A DNA stretch of 64,000 nucleotides, from the NCBI GenBank assembly GCA_020137815.1, contig CM035352.1, positions 7,688,001-7,752,000 of the forward strand. The letters run 5' to 3'. Positions 11,451 through 44,000 of this stretch are shown here, piece by piece (position 1 is the stretch's first letter; the number at the start of each line of letters is the position of its first letter). This DNA is from Hormiphora californensis. Lineage: Eukaryota; Animalia; Ctenophora. The translations under genes were made by a program, and so were the position numbers. The notes under the pieces were generated by a model, which did no database searches, was not told where the DNA came from, and was given only the letters and a program-made list of their open reading frames with translations.

Positions 11451-13873
11451 ATGAAAATCGTGAAGCCCTCCTGGATCACATCCTCCAACCCATTATTTTC
11501 CTGTGACGTACACCCTGATGGGAGCAAGTTCCTAACTGCAGGACAGAACGACTCCAATGGTCAGATCGGGGTGTGGTATTTAGCACCTGTAGCGCGGGAG
11601 AAAGTAGAGCGGTCTGGTTCCACTAAAAAGATTGCAACGCTAGAAAATCACGAGGGTTGTGTTAACTGCGTGAGATGGAGTAACTCTGGTAAACTGTTCG
11701 CCAGTGCAAGTGATGACAAGTCAGTAATCGTGTGGACTGCAGTGCGATACGAAGGCTCTGCCACTGAATCGTATAGGTGTAAACACACGTTGCGGGGTCA
11801 TGGCGGTGATGTTCTTGATGTGGCGTGGTCACCAGATGATAAATATCTTGCCAGTACAAGTATAGATAACTCGATCATAGTGTGGGATGCGGGTAACTTC
11901 CCTGAACGAGCTACTACTATCAGGGGCCACCAGGGTATGGTGAAGGGTGTGGTTTGGGACCCCATTGGGAAGTACCTGGCCACCCAATCCACTGATAGGA
12001 CACTGCGGGTTTGGAGGGTCGGGGACTGGGTTGAGGAAACCAAGATATCAGACCCATTTGTGAAGTGTGGTGGTACGACATCATTCCTCAGGATAGGCTG
12101 GTCACCTGATGGCCAATATGTGGTGTCTTCTCACGCCATGAATAATGAGGGCCCAGTTGCTAAAATCATTGAACGAGATGAAGTGGAAGGCTAGGATGGA
12201 TTTTGTGGGTCACAGGAGGGCTATTGAGAGCGTGAGATTCAATCCAAACCTGTTTTATTACGATAAGATGCCAGCATCGTGTGTCGCCATTGCAGGTAGA
12301 GATAACAGTGTCTCTGTCTGGTTAACCTGCCTGAAACGACCCCTATTTCGTCCTGCATGACCTTGTTCAAAAGTTCCGTTCTGGACATGTCTTGGACTCC
12401 AGACGGGTATGGACTGGTAGTGTGCTCACATGATGGCTCCATGGCCTACCTGGGACTCAGTCCCTAGAGAGCTGGGCCGGACTATGAGTATACAGCAGGT
12501 GGGAGCACTAAAAAGGAGTTTGTATGGGAGTCTGGAGAAGGTGAGGATTATAGAGAACCCTGATTTGGTTAGTAGTGAGGAGGGGGAGGATGAGGAGGAG
12601 GAGATGGACACATGCTGACGATCAACCACCACCACCACCTCCACCACCTAATGGGGTATTTAGTAATGGGAATTTAGAGAAGTTCAACAACAGATTTACC
12701 ACTCCAGCAACATCATCTACCCCAGAGCCAGCATATTCCTCCTCCCAAGGTCCTGCTACCTTCTTCTGTCGCAGAGAAACAAGTTGAAACAAAGACCAAA
12801 GGATGGGAAGAGAAGGATAATGCCTGTGACACTGAAAGAAGTTACAACAAACCCTTCTCTTCCTCCTGCACAGTTACCTCCCCCTGCTAAAAGGAGGGTT
12901 TCTATAACTCCTGTCTCTAACAAAACACCGAATAATACTATTGATCTGAGATCCACCCCTGCCAAACTATCCAACATGATTCCCTCCACTTCCCCAGGCT
13001 CCTATCCTCCCACCAGCCCCATCTCGACAATTCCTCCTGTTGGGTGACACCCGTGTTGAGGTCCAGAACAAGGAAGTCAAGTTTACCAGCCCTCTAAAGA
13101 CCTGGACTAGCGCCTGTAGAAGGGTGCTGTTACAACTCTTAGTGGGGATCAAGGAGTTGTTGCAGTAGGGTGCGATGATGGATTCTATCTATACTTTCCA
13201 CCCTAAAACAGGCCGTCTGATCCTACCCATCCTCAATACAGGGCATGCCATCACTCACTCTTGTGTGACAGGAAAACATTTAGCTGTGGTGACTAACCGA
13301 CCCTCTCTCTACCTTTGGAATGTGGGTGATCCACCGAAATGTACAATTAAAAATGAGTCCCTGGGTAGTTTTGTGTCAACCAAACGAAGTATTGTGACTC
13401 TAACCATCTCTCCTGAGGGTGATGTGAAGGTAGGGTTGAGTGATTCAAGTGAGTATCAATACAGTAGTGAGCTGAGTTGTTGGGCTGTAATAGGACATAC
13501 CCATCTGGATGGCTCCTGGGGTAGGGACCTGAATAATGGTAAATCTAACAACACTAAACAACCTCCACCCAAGAGGACTTACCTGCAAACTGTCCAACAG
13601 CTCCATCAGAGAATCAGGGTAGCAGAGCTGGGTGGGAGAGGGAGTGAGGGAAAACAGTGGTTGACATCCCTAGTTCGGTACCTGTCGCTTAACAAAGATG
13701 AGGAGAGGTTGAGAGAGGTATTACAGGGTGTTATATCATCCTCAAAACCAATCATCCATGGTGTGGAGAGGTTGGAACTGATGGGGTCACTTCTAAAAGT
13801 GGTTGGATCTACTTGTCAAAGGGTATATTCTGAGTTCAAACAGCAGTTAGATTGGGCTGCCAGTAGAGAATAG
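11451..13873 (+). CDS. HIRA: Histone H3.3 chaperone HIRA, apparently intronless
   Basis: MKIVKPSWI start, WD40 repeats (HEGCVNCVRWS, LRGHGGDVLDVAWSP, VKGVVWDPIGKYLATQS, SSHAMNNEGP, LSVW-like...LKRPLF), B-domain KDGKRRIMP, C-terminal Hira domain (W..SLVRYL...DEERLREV). Split across ORFs by several single-base indels between ~12180 and ~13150. Confidence 0.93.
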
Positions 13874-14689
13874 TGTTTTATTATTTGACCATTATGATAT
13901 CGTGATATACAATGCTTTTTATTCTTTGAGATCATCGTGCTTCTTTTTCACTCGTATTGTACCCCTCTCCCTGACCGTCCCCTCCCCTTGGCCTTGGTGA
14001 CCGATATAAACCTTCTCTCATGTTTTAGTAAGAATTCACAGATGCTGGGAATGGAAGGCAACTGGAAACAAAAAGAGTCAACGTTCCATACCAGGTATAT
14101 CAGATGTCTTGCCTCTCTCTCCCGGGTTAGAACATACAACAATCAGATGTCCTCTCTATTTATACTTTTCTGTATTCCCCCCCCCCCTCCTGTTTTCTGA
14201 CCCCCTCAGGCCCCTTTCTCTGAGAATCTAACCCCTATTTCACTGTCAAACTAACGAGCTAGCTACATCAAAGTTAAAACATTTTGGCTGAGTGATAAGA
14301 GTGACTAGATCATGACAATTATAATTCCAGCTAGCTGGGTGGGCGTGCATCATGCTTATCTCGATTTCTCTAAATCTCCCCCCTAGCATATTATTTTCAT
14401 CCTTTCTCCCCGTCTGCATCACATGCCTCCTTTCTCTCCCTGGCATCCCTCCAATTCTACCATGCTACATCATCTCTCACTCTCAGTTCTCTCTCTTTCT
14501 CTCTGGAGTGTCTGTTTTTGGCGGTACCCAGCCAGCTTGATAGTACGCATGTGCGCGGCGTTTGTTGTGCTCTCACTGCTGACCAACTCTCCTCTATTCT
14601 CCCGCGCGGCTGTCGAAAGTGTTCATTGTCATACTGGGAGCGCGCACGCGCATACCAAGATCCAACCCGCCCGGAATTGTGGGTCTTAT

Positions 14690-34200
<19,511 letters not shown>

Positions 34201-35544
34201 TCGTCAGAACGTGATGGACAGATCTGAGAGACTTGAGAGATGTTGTTGGGTTCGGGGTGATAATATTAGACGTAGATCAGAGTGGGGTAGAGAGAGGTAA
34301 TAATAGACGTAGAGGGTGGCGTGAGAGGTAATGTGAAAGAGATGTCAGAACATTCAGGCGTTGGGTCAGGTGTGTCTGAAAGTATTGTTTGTTCGGTTAA
34401 ATTCAGGATATATATTATTTGCTGGAAGGCTCTTTGTTTGAAAAAAGAGGGATTATAATATGGTATAAATTGTTTTGTTTGTGTGTGTTGTGACATGTGT
34501 GTTACATTTGAGCTGTGTGTTGTACGTGTGTCACTAATGGGCATGTACTGTGTGAACTGTGAGTGTGAACTGTGAGTGTGAACTGTGTATGTGAACTATG
34601 TGTGAACTGTCTGGAGTTGCCTCAACCCCCGAGTTCTTCGATTAGACCGGAGTGGCTACAGGTGAAATATTACTTTGTTCGACCCTCTATCTCTAGGAGG
34701 GTTAGGACATAATATAACAAGTGACTGGACAAGAACTGAATCATTTTGTTGCAGTGTGTGAGAGAGAATGCAGCGCTGTGTGAGAGATAACGTTTAGATA
34801 TTTTCTACGTTTTTGGATAACCTTTCTACCTTTTTTTCAAGGCCCACGAGCCTAACAAAAACCCTTCTTTTATACTTTAAAGTGAAGACGTGTGTGAGCC
34901 TCACACTGTGAGGTATGGCTGTGTGTGAGGTATGGCTAGAAATATACTTGACGGGGGATTTGTAATGAGAACTGGGCTGTGCTCAGAGAGATACACAATG
35001 ACCCCTCCCCTCCTTTCCAATCATGATTTGATTTACCTTGGAGAGAGTTGTAGCGTGTTCATATATCTTTATTAATATTACTAGTATAATTAGAGAAAGT
35101 TTATAGACTACCACTTTTGGTACTCTATTAACTATTTAGTGTTTGGAAGTATTATATTAGATATAATTGATAGGTAAACTTCCCAAGACTCACAGCCTTT
35201 AAATTAATATAATATATCTGTTTAGTTTCTGTGTGTGTTTACTATTAATATTAAGGTATGGTAGTAGAATGAACGTGTGTGTGTGGTGGGCGTCCAAATG
35301 TTCATTTTTTGTTTTCCCGCGATTCTTTGTAACAAAGAAGGAAAAGAGTTAGAGATAATAAGATGCGTGTAGTGAAAATTATACAAGAATAATATGTAAC
35401 AAGAGAATCCTTTTTTTAAAGTTTAACAACCCGTAAATATTGAAATTTTCAAGTTTTCAAACACATCCTGACAATACAATACAATGTACAACACAATGCA
35501 ATGTATAATGTACAGTACAATACAATGTACAATACACTACTGCA

Positions 35545-37059
35545 CTACACACCTCGAGCAGGGTTTTTGCTCCAAAGGTTCCTCTTTCTCAGTCTATTCT
35601 TCAGACTATTGCCCCTGGTAATATGAATACAGGGTGTCAGAACACTGTTCAAGTTAATCAGTAGAATAGCCACCATCATAGTCGCTTTTAGCACATCAGG
35701 GTCAGCAGTAGTGAAGATATCGAGCTGTCCAGAGGGGGTCAGGGTTGCAATAAATCCACAGACAAACAGGAAAATCCATGTTGAGTAACAAAACACGAAT
35801 AGAGACCCAATTATGAGGAGGGTTATAAATGCGTGGGTCTGGGTGTCCATAACGGCTCTAGTCCGGCTGCATCGGGTTGTTGAGGGGGATTTGAGGGAAC
35901 GGAGTACAGCCCCTGCACGCTGGATTAGAGAAGCCCTAGACTCTGTTGCTGTCGGTGGGTTGTTAGGTTGAGAGTCTGCTGAAGAGCAGGGTGATTCGAT
36001 ATCCGGTTGTGTTTCTGAAGGAGTAGGTGATTGTTTTTGTGAAGGAGCAGGTGATTTTTGGCATGTTTTAGCTTCCTCTCTCCCAGGTCCTTTATCCTCC
36101 TCAACGCACTGTAATTCAGGGCATGTATCAATTGGTACTAGCACCCTGTAGTAGTTATCCATCTCGACCCTGCTAAATCTCACCCTCCCCTGCTCCCCAG
36201 TCTCTGCAATCATCTTACCCACTTTCTTAGCTCTCTGCTTGATCTTATCTCTGGTATCCAACATCTGTTGCACTGCCTGGGCGAACCCCTCCGAGATCTC
36301 AGCCATATCCGCTAGAGAGGCCCTAACTAGGAACCTATTGGTTGTACTGCGTCTGAAGAAGATAATCATACTCCCCAGACATAAGACCGTTACCAGGACG
36401 GGCAGGAGGATGGGAGTCAGGACGGTGATGAAGTAGAGTGCACTCCGGGCAGGTCGGGTAGGTGGGAAGGAAAGGGTTGAGTTGGGAGAGAAGAAGATAT
36501 CATCCAGAGTCCAAGTACAGAGTGTTACCGAATCATTGAACCTGTACTCCCCACCACTGATAAAGATCAGACACGATAGGATGATAGTGGTGGACCAAGT
36601 CACACCGAGGATCACGTAAATCCTACCCTTAGTGAACCACACGGCGTGTTTGAAGGGGTAAAGAACAGCGGTGCATCTTCCAAAACTCACTATCGCTATT
36701 ATGTTAACAGTCTGTCTGGAGCACACATTGAACACCGTCCCACTTGCATTGCAGAGAAGGGTGAACACGTCATGCTCCCAGGAGTGGGTGTCGCCCAGGA
36801 ATGCGAACCCAGAGAATGAGAACACCACGGTGCAGCACAACAGGTCCGCTGTGGCAAGATGGAGGAAGAGAGTGGTACTGACCAGTCGCTTCTTTCCGGA
36901 ACACACGGAGAAATCCAGGAAGATGGCAATGGCAAGGATATTAGCTGATATACCCAGTGCGAACATTACAAAGTAGAGGTAGCCCAGACTCTGTTCAACT
37001 GAGAGGAGTTCTGGTGTGGTGTGGTTAGCATGGGTTTCAACGTGGGATTCCCCTGTCAT
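35545..37059 (-). CDS. Rhodopsin-like (class A) orphan GPCR, single exon
   Basis: 504-aa ORF with 7 hydrophobic segments; TM1 GISAN, TM2 LATADL, Cys at top of TM3 and in ECL2, GRC in place of DRY, TM4 W, TM6 FVFCY, TM7 NSVLTPCIH; long ICL3. Confidence 0.9.
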   Translation of the reverse strand: MTGESHVETHANHTTPELLSVEQSLGYLYFVMFALGISANILAIAIFLDFSVCSGKKRLVSTTLFLHLATADLLCCTVVFSFSGFAFLGDTHSWEHDVFTLLCNASGTVFNVCSRQTVNIIAIVSFGRCTAVLYPFKHAVWFTKGRIYVILGVTWSTTIILSCLIFISGGEYRFNDSVTLCTWTLDDIFFSPNSTLSFPPTRPARSALYFITVLTPILLPVLVTVLCLGSMIIFFRRSTTNRFLVRASLADMAEISEGFAQAVQQMLDTRDKIKQRAKKVGKMIAETGEQGRVRFSRVEMDNYYRVLVPIDTCPELQCVEEDKGPGREEAKTCQKSPAPSQKQSPTPSETQPDIESPCSSADSQPNNPPTATESRASLIQRAGAVLRSLKSPSTTRCSRTRAVMDTQTHAFITLLIIGSLFVFCYSTWIFLFVCGFIATLTPSGQLDIFTTADPDVLKATMMVAILLINLNSVLTPCIHITRGNSLKNRLRKRNLWSKNPARGV

Positions 37060-37920
37060 CCTGTCTGAGCTGCTAGTTTGAAGTCAGGAATAATGTTAGG
37101 TGTACTTTTTTGTAAGTTAGGTGTTAAACGTTTGAAAACTAAACGGGAACTAAACTAGCTTTGTTTTGTTAAAATGAGCTATGTTTTATGAATAAAATAC
37201 TGACAAGCAATCACAAACAAAGTTTGTTTGTTACAAACGCTGACAAGAGGGCGAGAGTATTCTGTCTGAGATTAGATACAGTATTGACAACACGTACAAT
37301 TTATTTGGCGATGAAGCAGGGAGTGAAGGAGAGCAATTAACGACCCATTTAGATTGCTATAATATACTAACTAACTCTGACAAGGATCGAGTTATCATAC
37401 ACGGAGACTGAGAGCTGCTGAAAGAGAGCATACACATCTCAATATACCAATTATGCAGCAAGTGTGTCTCTTATCGCACCTCATAGACAACACAGAGTTC
37501 ATCTCCTCTCTCTCTCTCTCTGACTCTCTGAGTCTCTCCTCCTCCTCCCTCTCTGAGAGTACGACTCTCTAACGATATAATTATAACGTCATGACGTCTA
37601 CAACTGCAGTAGGGAGAGGTCTGTTGTTGTTTCAATTGTCACACACTGCAGGAGAGCAGGAGAGAGATTGGCACTTTAACTAGGAGAGAGATTGGTACTT
37701 TAACTGGGAGAGAGCAGGAGAGATTGGTACGTTAACTAGGAGAGAGAGAGAGAGAGAGCACCACAGTCCACACTACACTGTGTCACTGTGTGTGGTGAAG
37801 GAAGCGACACGATGCCATGAGAGATCAGAGATATAGACACGCTATGAGTATAATAATGGGGAGAAGGAGATGATGCACTGTGTTGGAGAACTGTATATGA
37901 GAAGGAGGAGGTGTGATCTT

Positions 37921-38135
37921 TGTTAGTACTACTAATGTCTAATAGTAGCTAGCAGGAAATGGCCGTGGAAATATGTCCATGTCACCATCAATCACTCTGT
38001 AATACCAGTGTCGACAGGCCAATGCTCTGATCGCTTGTTTATCGCTGTACTAATACTATTGGTACACTGGTGATTGAGAGTGACACTTCCACGGCCATTT
38101 CCTGCTCTACTATTCGACAATTAGTAGTACTAACA
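37921..38135. mobile_element. Short palindromic MITE-like element
   Basis: Ends TGTTAGTACTACTAAT / ATTAGTAGTACTAACA; inner arms AGCAGGAAATGGCCGTGGAA / TTCCACGGCCATTTCCTGCT. Confidence 0.65.
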
Positions 38136-38231
38136 TGGCCGATACAGTGCGTGCAGTGTTTTAATAGGTCACGGTAGATGTTTGTCACTACTCACAAGCA
38201 TAAATTGAGTGATGCAGGGTGTTGTAATTAA

Positions 38232-38445
38232 TGTACCTGTAATTGTAAAATGTACCTGTAAATATACTTTTAAATGTACTTGAGCTTGAAAACGTAATTG
38301 TAAAATGTAAATGTACATGAAAATGTACTTGTTAAATGTAAATGTACTTGAAATGTACTTGTAAAATGTACTTGTTAAATGTAAATGTACTTGAAAATGT
38401 AATTGAAAATGTACTTGTAAAATGTAAAATGTAAATGTACTTGAC
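38232..38445. repeat. AT-rich degenerate tandem repeat
   Basis: Repeated AAATGTACTTG/AAATGT units. Confidence 0.85.
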
Positions 38446-38896
38446 AAAATTTGGCCACGTAGGGCGCGAACAGAGGAGCGTGCCGGTAACAGTAACACGC
38501 GAGACTTTTTTACAAACACTACAGAAAGTGCCGCGCAGATTTAATGTTTTCCAAATCATCCGGCCGCGCGGCTCAAACGTCACTCGCCGCGACAGCAGAT
38601 GTCTTCTTTTTTTTTCTTTTCTTTTTTTTCGCTCTTTTTTCGCTCTTTTTTCTCCTCTCACTACGCCCGTGTTCCATGTGCCTGATTCTCAGCTATCTCA
38701 TGATCGTGCCATAGCATGGGATGGCAGCCATGAAACCCTTCTGATAGCCAGAACTAGAATGTGTCATTTCCGAGCCAAATTGTAGAATAATTTGAGTTTT
38801 GTCAGCCCCTGAATTTTAAATTTCGTCCCCCGTGTCACAAATTCTTTCAGAGAACTAACCCTCTTGCATATTTAAGGGATCTAACTGTAGAAAATC

Positions 38897-40729
38897 ATGG
38901 CAGAGGTTGTAGAGCTTGTGGCAGACGGGAAACAGAGGTTGACACTGAATGATATTATCAATCTGACTGAGGTTGCGGAGGAAACGGCCACAAAAGAATT
39001 AGATTTGTTAAAAGAAAAGACCGTGGTAGCTACTTCAGATGTTGATGATACTTCCCCTTTATTTGGCATTGATGCGATGAAGTTGCAGGCCCAAATTGCA
39101 AAAGGAATGGACTACGACCAGAGGAAGAATAGCAACCTTTCAAACTGGTCAAAAGTGTGTTACCATGGTGACTATGATGCTGTGAAACATCTCATGTCTG
39201 GTAGGACCGCAGAGGAAAAGTGGCATTTGATTGAAACAAAGGAATCCTTGATGAGATTCAGCAGCTTGTTCCACGTTGTTAAGGGTGCCTGCAAGAAGGG
39301 CAAAGAGGGGCATATTAAAATAGCGAGGTTGTTGCTTGAGAACGCTGCAAATCCCAACACTCGTGATGTGGGTGGATCGACACCCCTTCACTACTGTACC
39401 TCCCAGTTTGGTAATGCCACAACCCTGGCTATTGCCAAACTGCTGATACAACACGGTGCTGATGTTAACACAAGGAACAGATTCGGTGCTACAGCCCTCT
39501 TTGAACCTTGTATCACTAGAAAGTACGAGTTCGTGGAATTCTTGGTTCTGAACAGGTGTAACCCTGCCATTCAAGAGAATTTTGGAGTCAGCTGTTTCTC
39601 GTACGCAACACTGGATCAGCGACTCCGGGCTATATTCAGCAAGGGAGCTAAGGTACAAGCTGAACTGGATATCCTACAAGGTCGGGAGGGTGCTACCATT
39701 CAGAGCAAGTGCAGCAACTGTACCAAGGTGGTAAACAAGAGAGTTGGATGCCCTAACTGCACCTCAGTCCTCTACTGCAGTGACATGTGTCAAGCTAAAC
39801 ACTGGAACAAGATACACCAAGTGGAGTGTGTCTCCTGCACCAACTGTGGGGAGAGCAGGGAGGTATTGAGGAAATGTAGCGGGTGCAAGACCGTCCAGTA
39901 TTGTTGTGTGGCATGCCAGAAAGCAGACTGGAAGGCACACAAAAGGGCCTGTAGAGAGAGTCAGGCGAGGGATGTGGGGAGATGCCTGGTGTTTAAACCG
40001 GTTGCTATTAAGGAGGGCCAGGGAGCTGTTATGGTGGAGGACTGGTGGGGAGGGAAAGGATAGGAGGACCAAAGTTAAAATTGAGGTAATTAGCTCTGTC
40101 CAACAAATACATCAACTGTTATTCTCTGTTAGTCTGTATAATCGGGGCCGTTTCAAGGCCATGATATACTCTCACTTAGGAAAAGTTTGTGTAGCCCACA
40201 CTGCACTTTAGCGAGTGAGTGTTTGGCAGAGCAAGGGAAACTGGACAGTTATAACCCTGAATATTTTCAGATTGTATACGACACTAAAGGTGTAAGAAGT
40301 GACTATCCAATGACTGTTACCGACAAGTCTAAAACCTACCAATCCTGCATTCTCCCTACTGGTAAGAGATAGATATTTGGTGAAATGTATTTCACCCTGC
40401 TACTATTATTTATCTGAAACACTAGAATGAGAGTATCTTTGTTTCGAAATATGTTTGATCATCAGGCTTCTTCTCACCTGTTCTCATACTTTTATTGACT
40501 GGTCACTAGACACATCCAAACTAATGTAGGAGAGGAATATACATCTCCTAAAGATTTACTATCCTATCTAATCCCACTCTTACTTTCAGAGAGCGACTAC
40601 CCTAAGTTGTTTAGTCTGATCACTGAGAAAGGTTATGGTGCAGTGACCATGTATTTTGAGGCAACTATGAAGCCCTCTACTGGTGAACTACTGGTCAATA
40701 TCTCCAACTCGTTCCCCGAGACTTGGTAA
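38897..40729 (+). CDS. Ankyrin-repeat and double zf-MYND domain protein
   Basis: Exon 1 38897-~40085 (ankyrins GSTPLH, GATALF; two MYND fingers, CSNC...YCSDMCQAKHW and CTNC...YCCVACQKADWKAHKRAC; probable indel near 40035), exon 2 40271-40361, exon 3 40590-40729 ending ...LLVNISNSFPETW*. Confidence 0.85.
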
Positions 40730-41084
40730 CCATGGTAACCATAGTAACCATAGTAACCATAGTATCCATTGGACTTGATTTATCTGACAACGCCCGCTTT
40801 ATATGTTTTATTAATTTAAATGTAACTTATTGGTTTTGAATTTTGAAAATTAGTATTATTTTCTACACTTTTCTACGTCATTTTGTACAAAATTTATACA
40901 GGGCTTTGACATTTACGTTATGTTTATACTTAATTAATATCTGTTTCCATTTGAATTTTTCTAATTCTGGAGTTTTAATAAGCTACCCAAACTTCCCTCA
41001 ACCCTCCGCCAACTACACGTTCTCTCACCCCCTCTCTCTTTAATAAATACTACTATCTGTTAGCATCTTAGCTGAGACTATGTC

Positions 41085-44000
41085 ATGAGTTCTGATGTTC
41101 GGAGAAGTGGCCGAGCCATTGTAAGTACTTGATCGCAAAAATAACTAGTTTTAGACAATCGTATACAATTATTACATATCTTCTTTTTGAATCCCATATA
41201 TTCCCTTGATCCCTTGCTAACCCCCCCCCCCCAGTATCACTAATACCACCTCTCTCCATTACAGAGGCAGTGTGCCCGAAAGTTTTTCAATGAAGATATT
41301 GGACTAAGTTTGAACACCCATGCAATTACAACATTTGATTTGAGAGAGAAAGTCACCTCTGACTACTACCTGAGAGACAGCCACCTCGTATCAGAACTAA
41401 CCCCCGAAGGTCAGTTATAACAGTTATGTAACGGGGCGGACATTGCTAGTCGTTGTTCTCTTAGTTAAAGTAACAAACTCTCCCTATTGCTATGTCTAGG
41501 CATTTTTGAAGACCTTGTCATGTCACATAGTACAGTCTCTTGTTTTCTACCGAGCTTGCTGTCATTTCTTGTGTTTCAGAGGTCAGCATTCAGAACTTAT
41601 TCCGCCGTGGATTCTCAAAGCCATTTGTAGTGCGAGGGGAGACGGGCAAGCCACCTGGTCTTGTGTAAGTGCATGCTTTAATTAACTGATTAATTAATTA
41701 GGTATATAATTAACTTTGTTAATTAATTTATAGTTACTATAATTAACTCTGTCAATTACTCCAGGGTCCCAGATAGCGATTTCACCGTGACTGACGTTGA
41801 GAAAAATGTTGGTGAGTAGGAGATTTGCTATTGCTAGTTTTCCAGCGCGCCTTGTGAGCAAAGGACCTCTAACTTCGCGCGCACACAGCCTCAATGTTTT
41901 GAAGGTGTCTGTCATTGAACCCTTGACTGGCGATATGGTACCGTTCTTATCAGTTTCACTCCGTTAATTTCACTTTTTTCGGGGTTAGAACATAGAAAAT
42001 ATCCTCTCTCTCTAACTAACTTTGCTGTGTTGTCTCCCAGTCAGATGTGAGATGGTGAAGCAAGATCTCACCCTACAACTACATCTTCCAGACAGAAGCA
42101 AGATAATATCTCACCCTACTACTACCTCTCCCAGGTTCCACAAGAAAGGTAGATGTGGTTGAAGTCAGTTCTCAGCGAAGCCTCCAAATGACTATGCACC
42201 AATGGGCCAAATACTTTACCTCTGATAAACGAGAGACATTGTTAAATGTGATTAGTCTGGAGGTGTCCAACACACCGTTAGGGGACCTGGTCTCACCACC
42301 TGATTTTGTAAAACAGATTGATTGGGTGGAAACTGCCTGGCCTCCCCTCCTGAAGATGTCACAGAGTGTGGGTAGTAACCAGATGAACAAGATGAAATAT
42401 CCTAAAGTACAAAAGTAAGCATGATCTACTGCAGTATACTGATCAGATCTATTGTGAAATTGTTAAACACTGTTAAAGATATCCGTATAACAGCTAGGCA
42501 ATGAAAACACAATAATATAATATCTCCACCCCTCCCTTGAATTGTTCATACTTTCTTTTTATTCGCGCCGAGCCGGACACAGTGTCAGGCGACTCAACCT
42601 CTCCCTTCTCTAGGTACTGTTTAATGAGTGTGAGAGGTAGTTACACAGACTTCCACCTTGACTTTGGGGGTACCAGTGTGTGGTACCACCTTGTGGATGG
42701 TGCCAAGGTATTCTGGCTCATACCCCCCACTGAGGAACACTTGTCAAAGTTTGTGAAGTGGACACTGGCAGGGAGGCAGAGTGATGTATTCTTCGGAGAT
42801 ATGGTGTCACAGTGTTATCGGGTGAATCTGTTTGCTGGGGACACTTTCTATCTGCCTGGAGGGTGAGTGTTCTTGAGTATAGGGGTAAGGGTGATTTCAG
42901 AAAGGGATACTTTCTATCTACCTGGAGGGTGAGTTTGTGTTGTGGTGGTGGTATGATAATCCCTGATTAATATCATGACTCTCTTTTCCAAGTCGTGTCA
43001 CTCACTGCTGAGTGTCACTCTCTCCCATGGCCCCGCATCAACCCCTGTGGACCTTATTTCCATTCCCCACGAACCTGCTAATTATATAATACTATAATAC
43101 CGTCCCCTAGGTGGATACACGGTGTATACACGCCAAAGAAGAGTCTGGTATTTGGTGGTAATTTCCTACACAGTTATAACATCACTGCCCAGCTTCAGGT
43201 GACCGCTGTTGAAGAGATCACTAAAGTTCCATCTAGGTAAATATCTAGCGTGTGAGGGTAGACATAGTCGATCCTGTGTGGGCGATGGGAATTTAATAAC
43301 ACAGCGAATAGAAGTGGAAGATTATAATGGCGACCTTTTTAACTCTATTTCCCCCAGATACCTGTATCCGTATCTTCTAAACTCCATTCCCCCCCCCCCC
43401 CCAGATATCTGTACCCGTATTTTGTCGAGATGACATGGTTTGTGTTGGACAAGTACCGGAGATATCTGAAACAGTGTGAACACAAGGGCAAAGGTACAAA
43501 CAGAGTCACACATTATACCAGTCACACATGCTCAGTGGTCTCCTGATAGTCTCGCTCTGGCTACCGAACCATCACAAAGCGTGATTTTATAAAATAAATT
43601 GACGGTTTGAGCCACACAACTACATGTTCTAAAAGAGCCGCAGTATTACCCCTTCCATCTATTTCAGGTAATGCAGTGCTATTGGAGCAAGAGGTAGAAG
43701 GGATGACATTGTTACTCTCTAGAATTCAGGACACCCCCTACTTCCAGGAGGCAGTTCCTGTACAGATCGCCGACCCTCAACTACTTCTAAAGGTATTATC
43801 TTAGACAACACGTTACATTTTGTTCAGCCAACACGTTACATTTTGTTCAGGCTGTTTCATGCGATCCCCCCTCTAGCTCTCTGGAGGACTTGAAACAGTA
43901 ATAGCTACCTCCCCCGAAATAAGTAATCACTACAAGTTACAACAGTACAACAAAAACTCTCCAGGAAGTGAAGGACTTGCTGTACGCGACGGAGCGAGAC

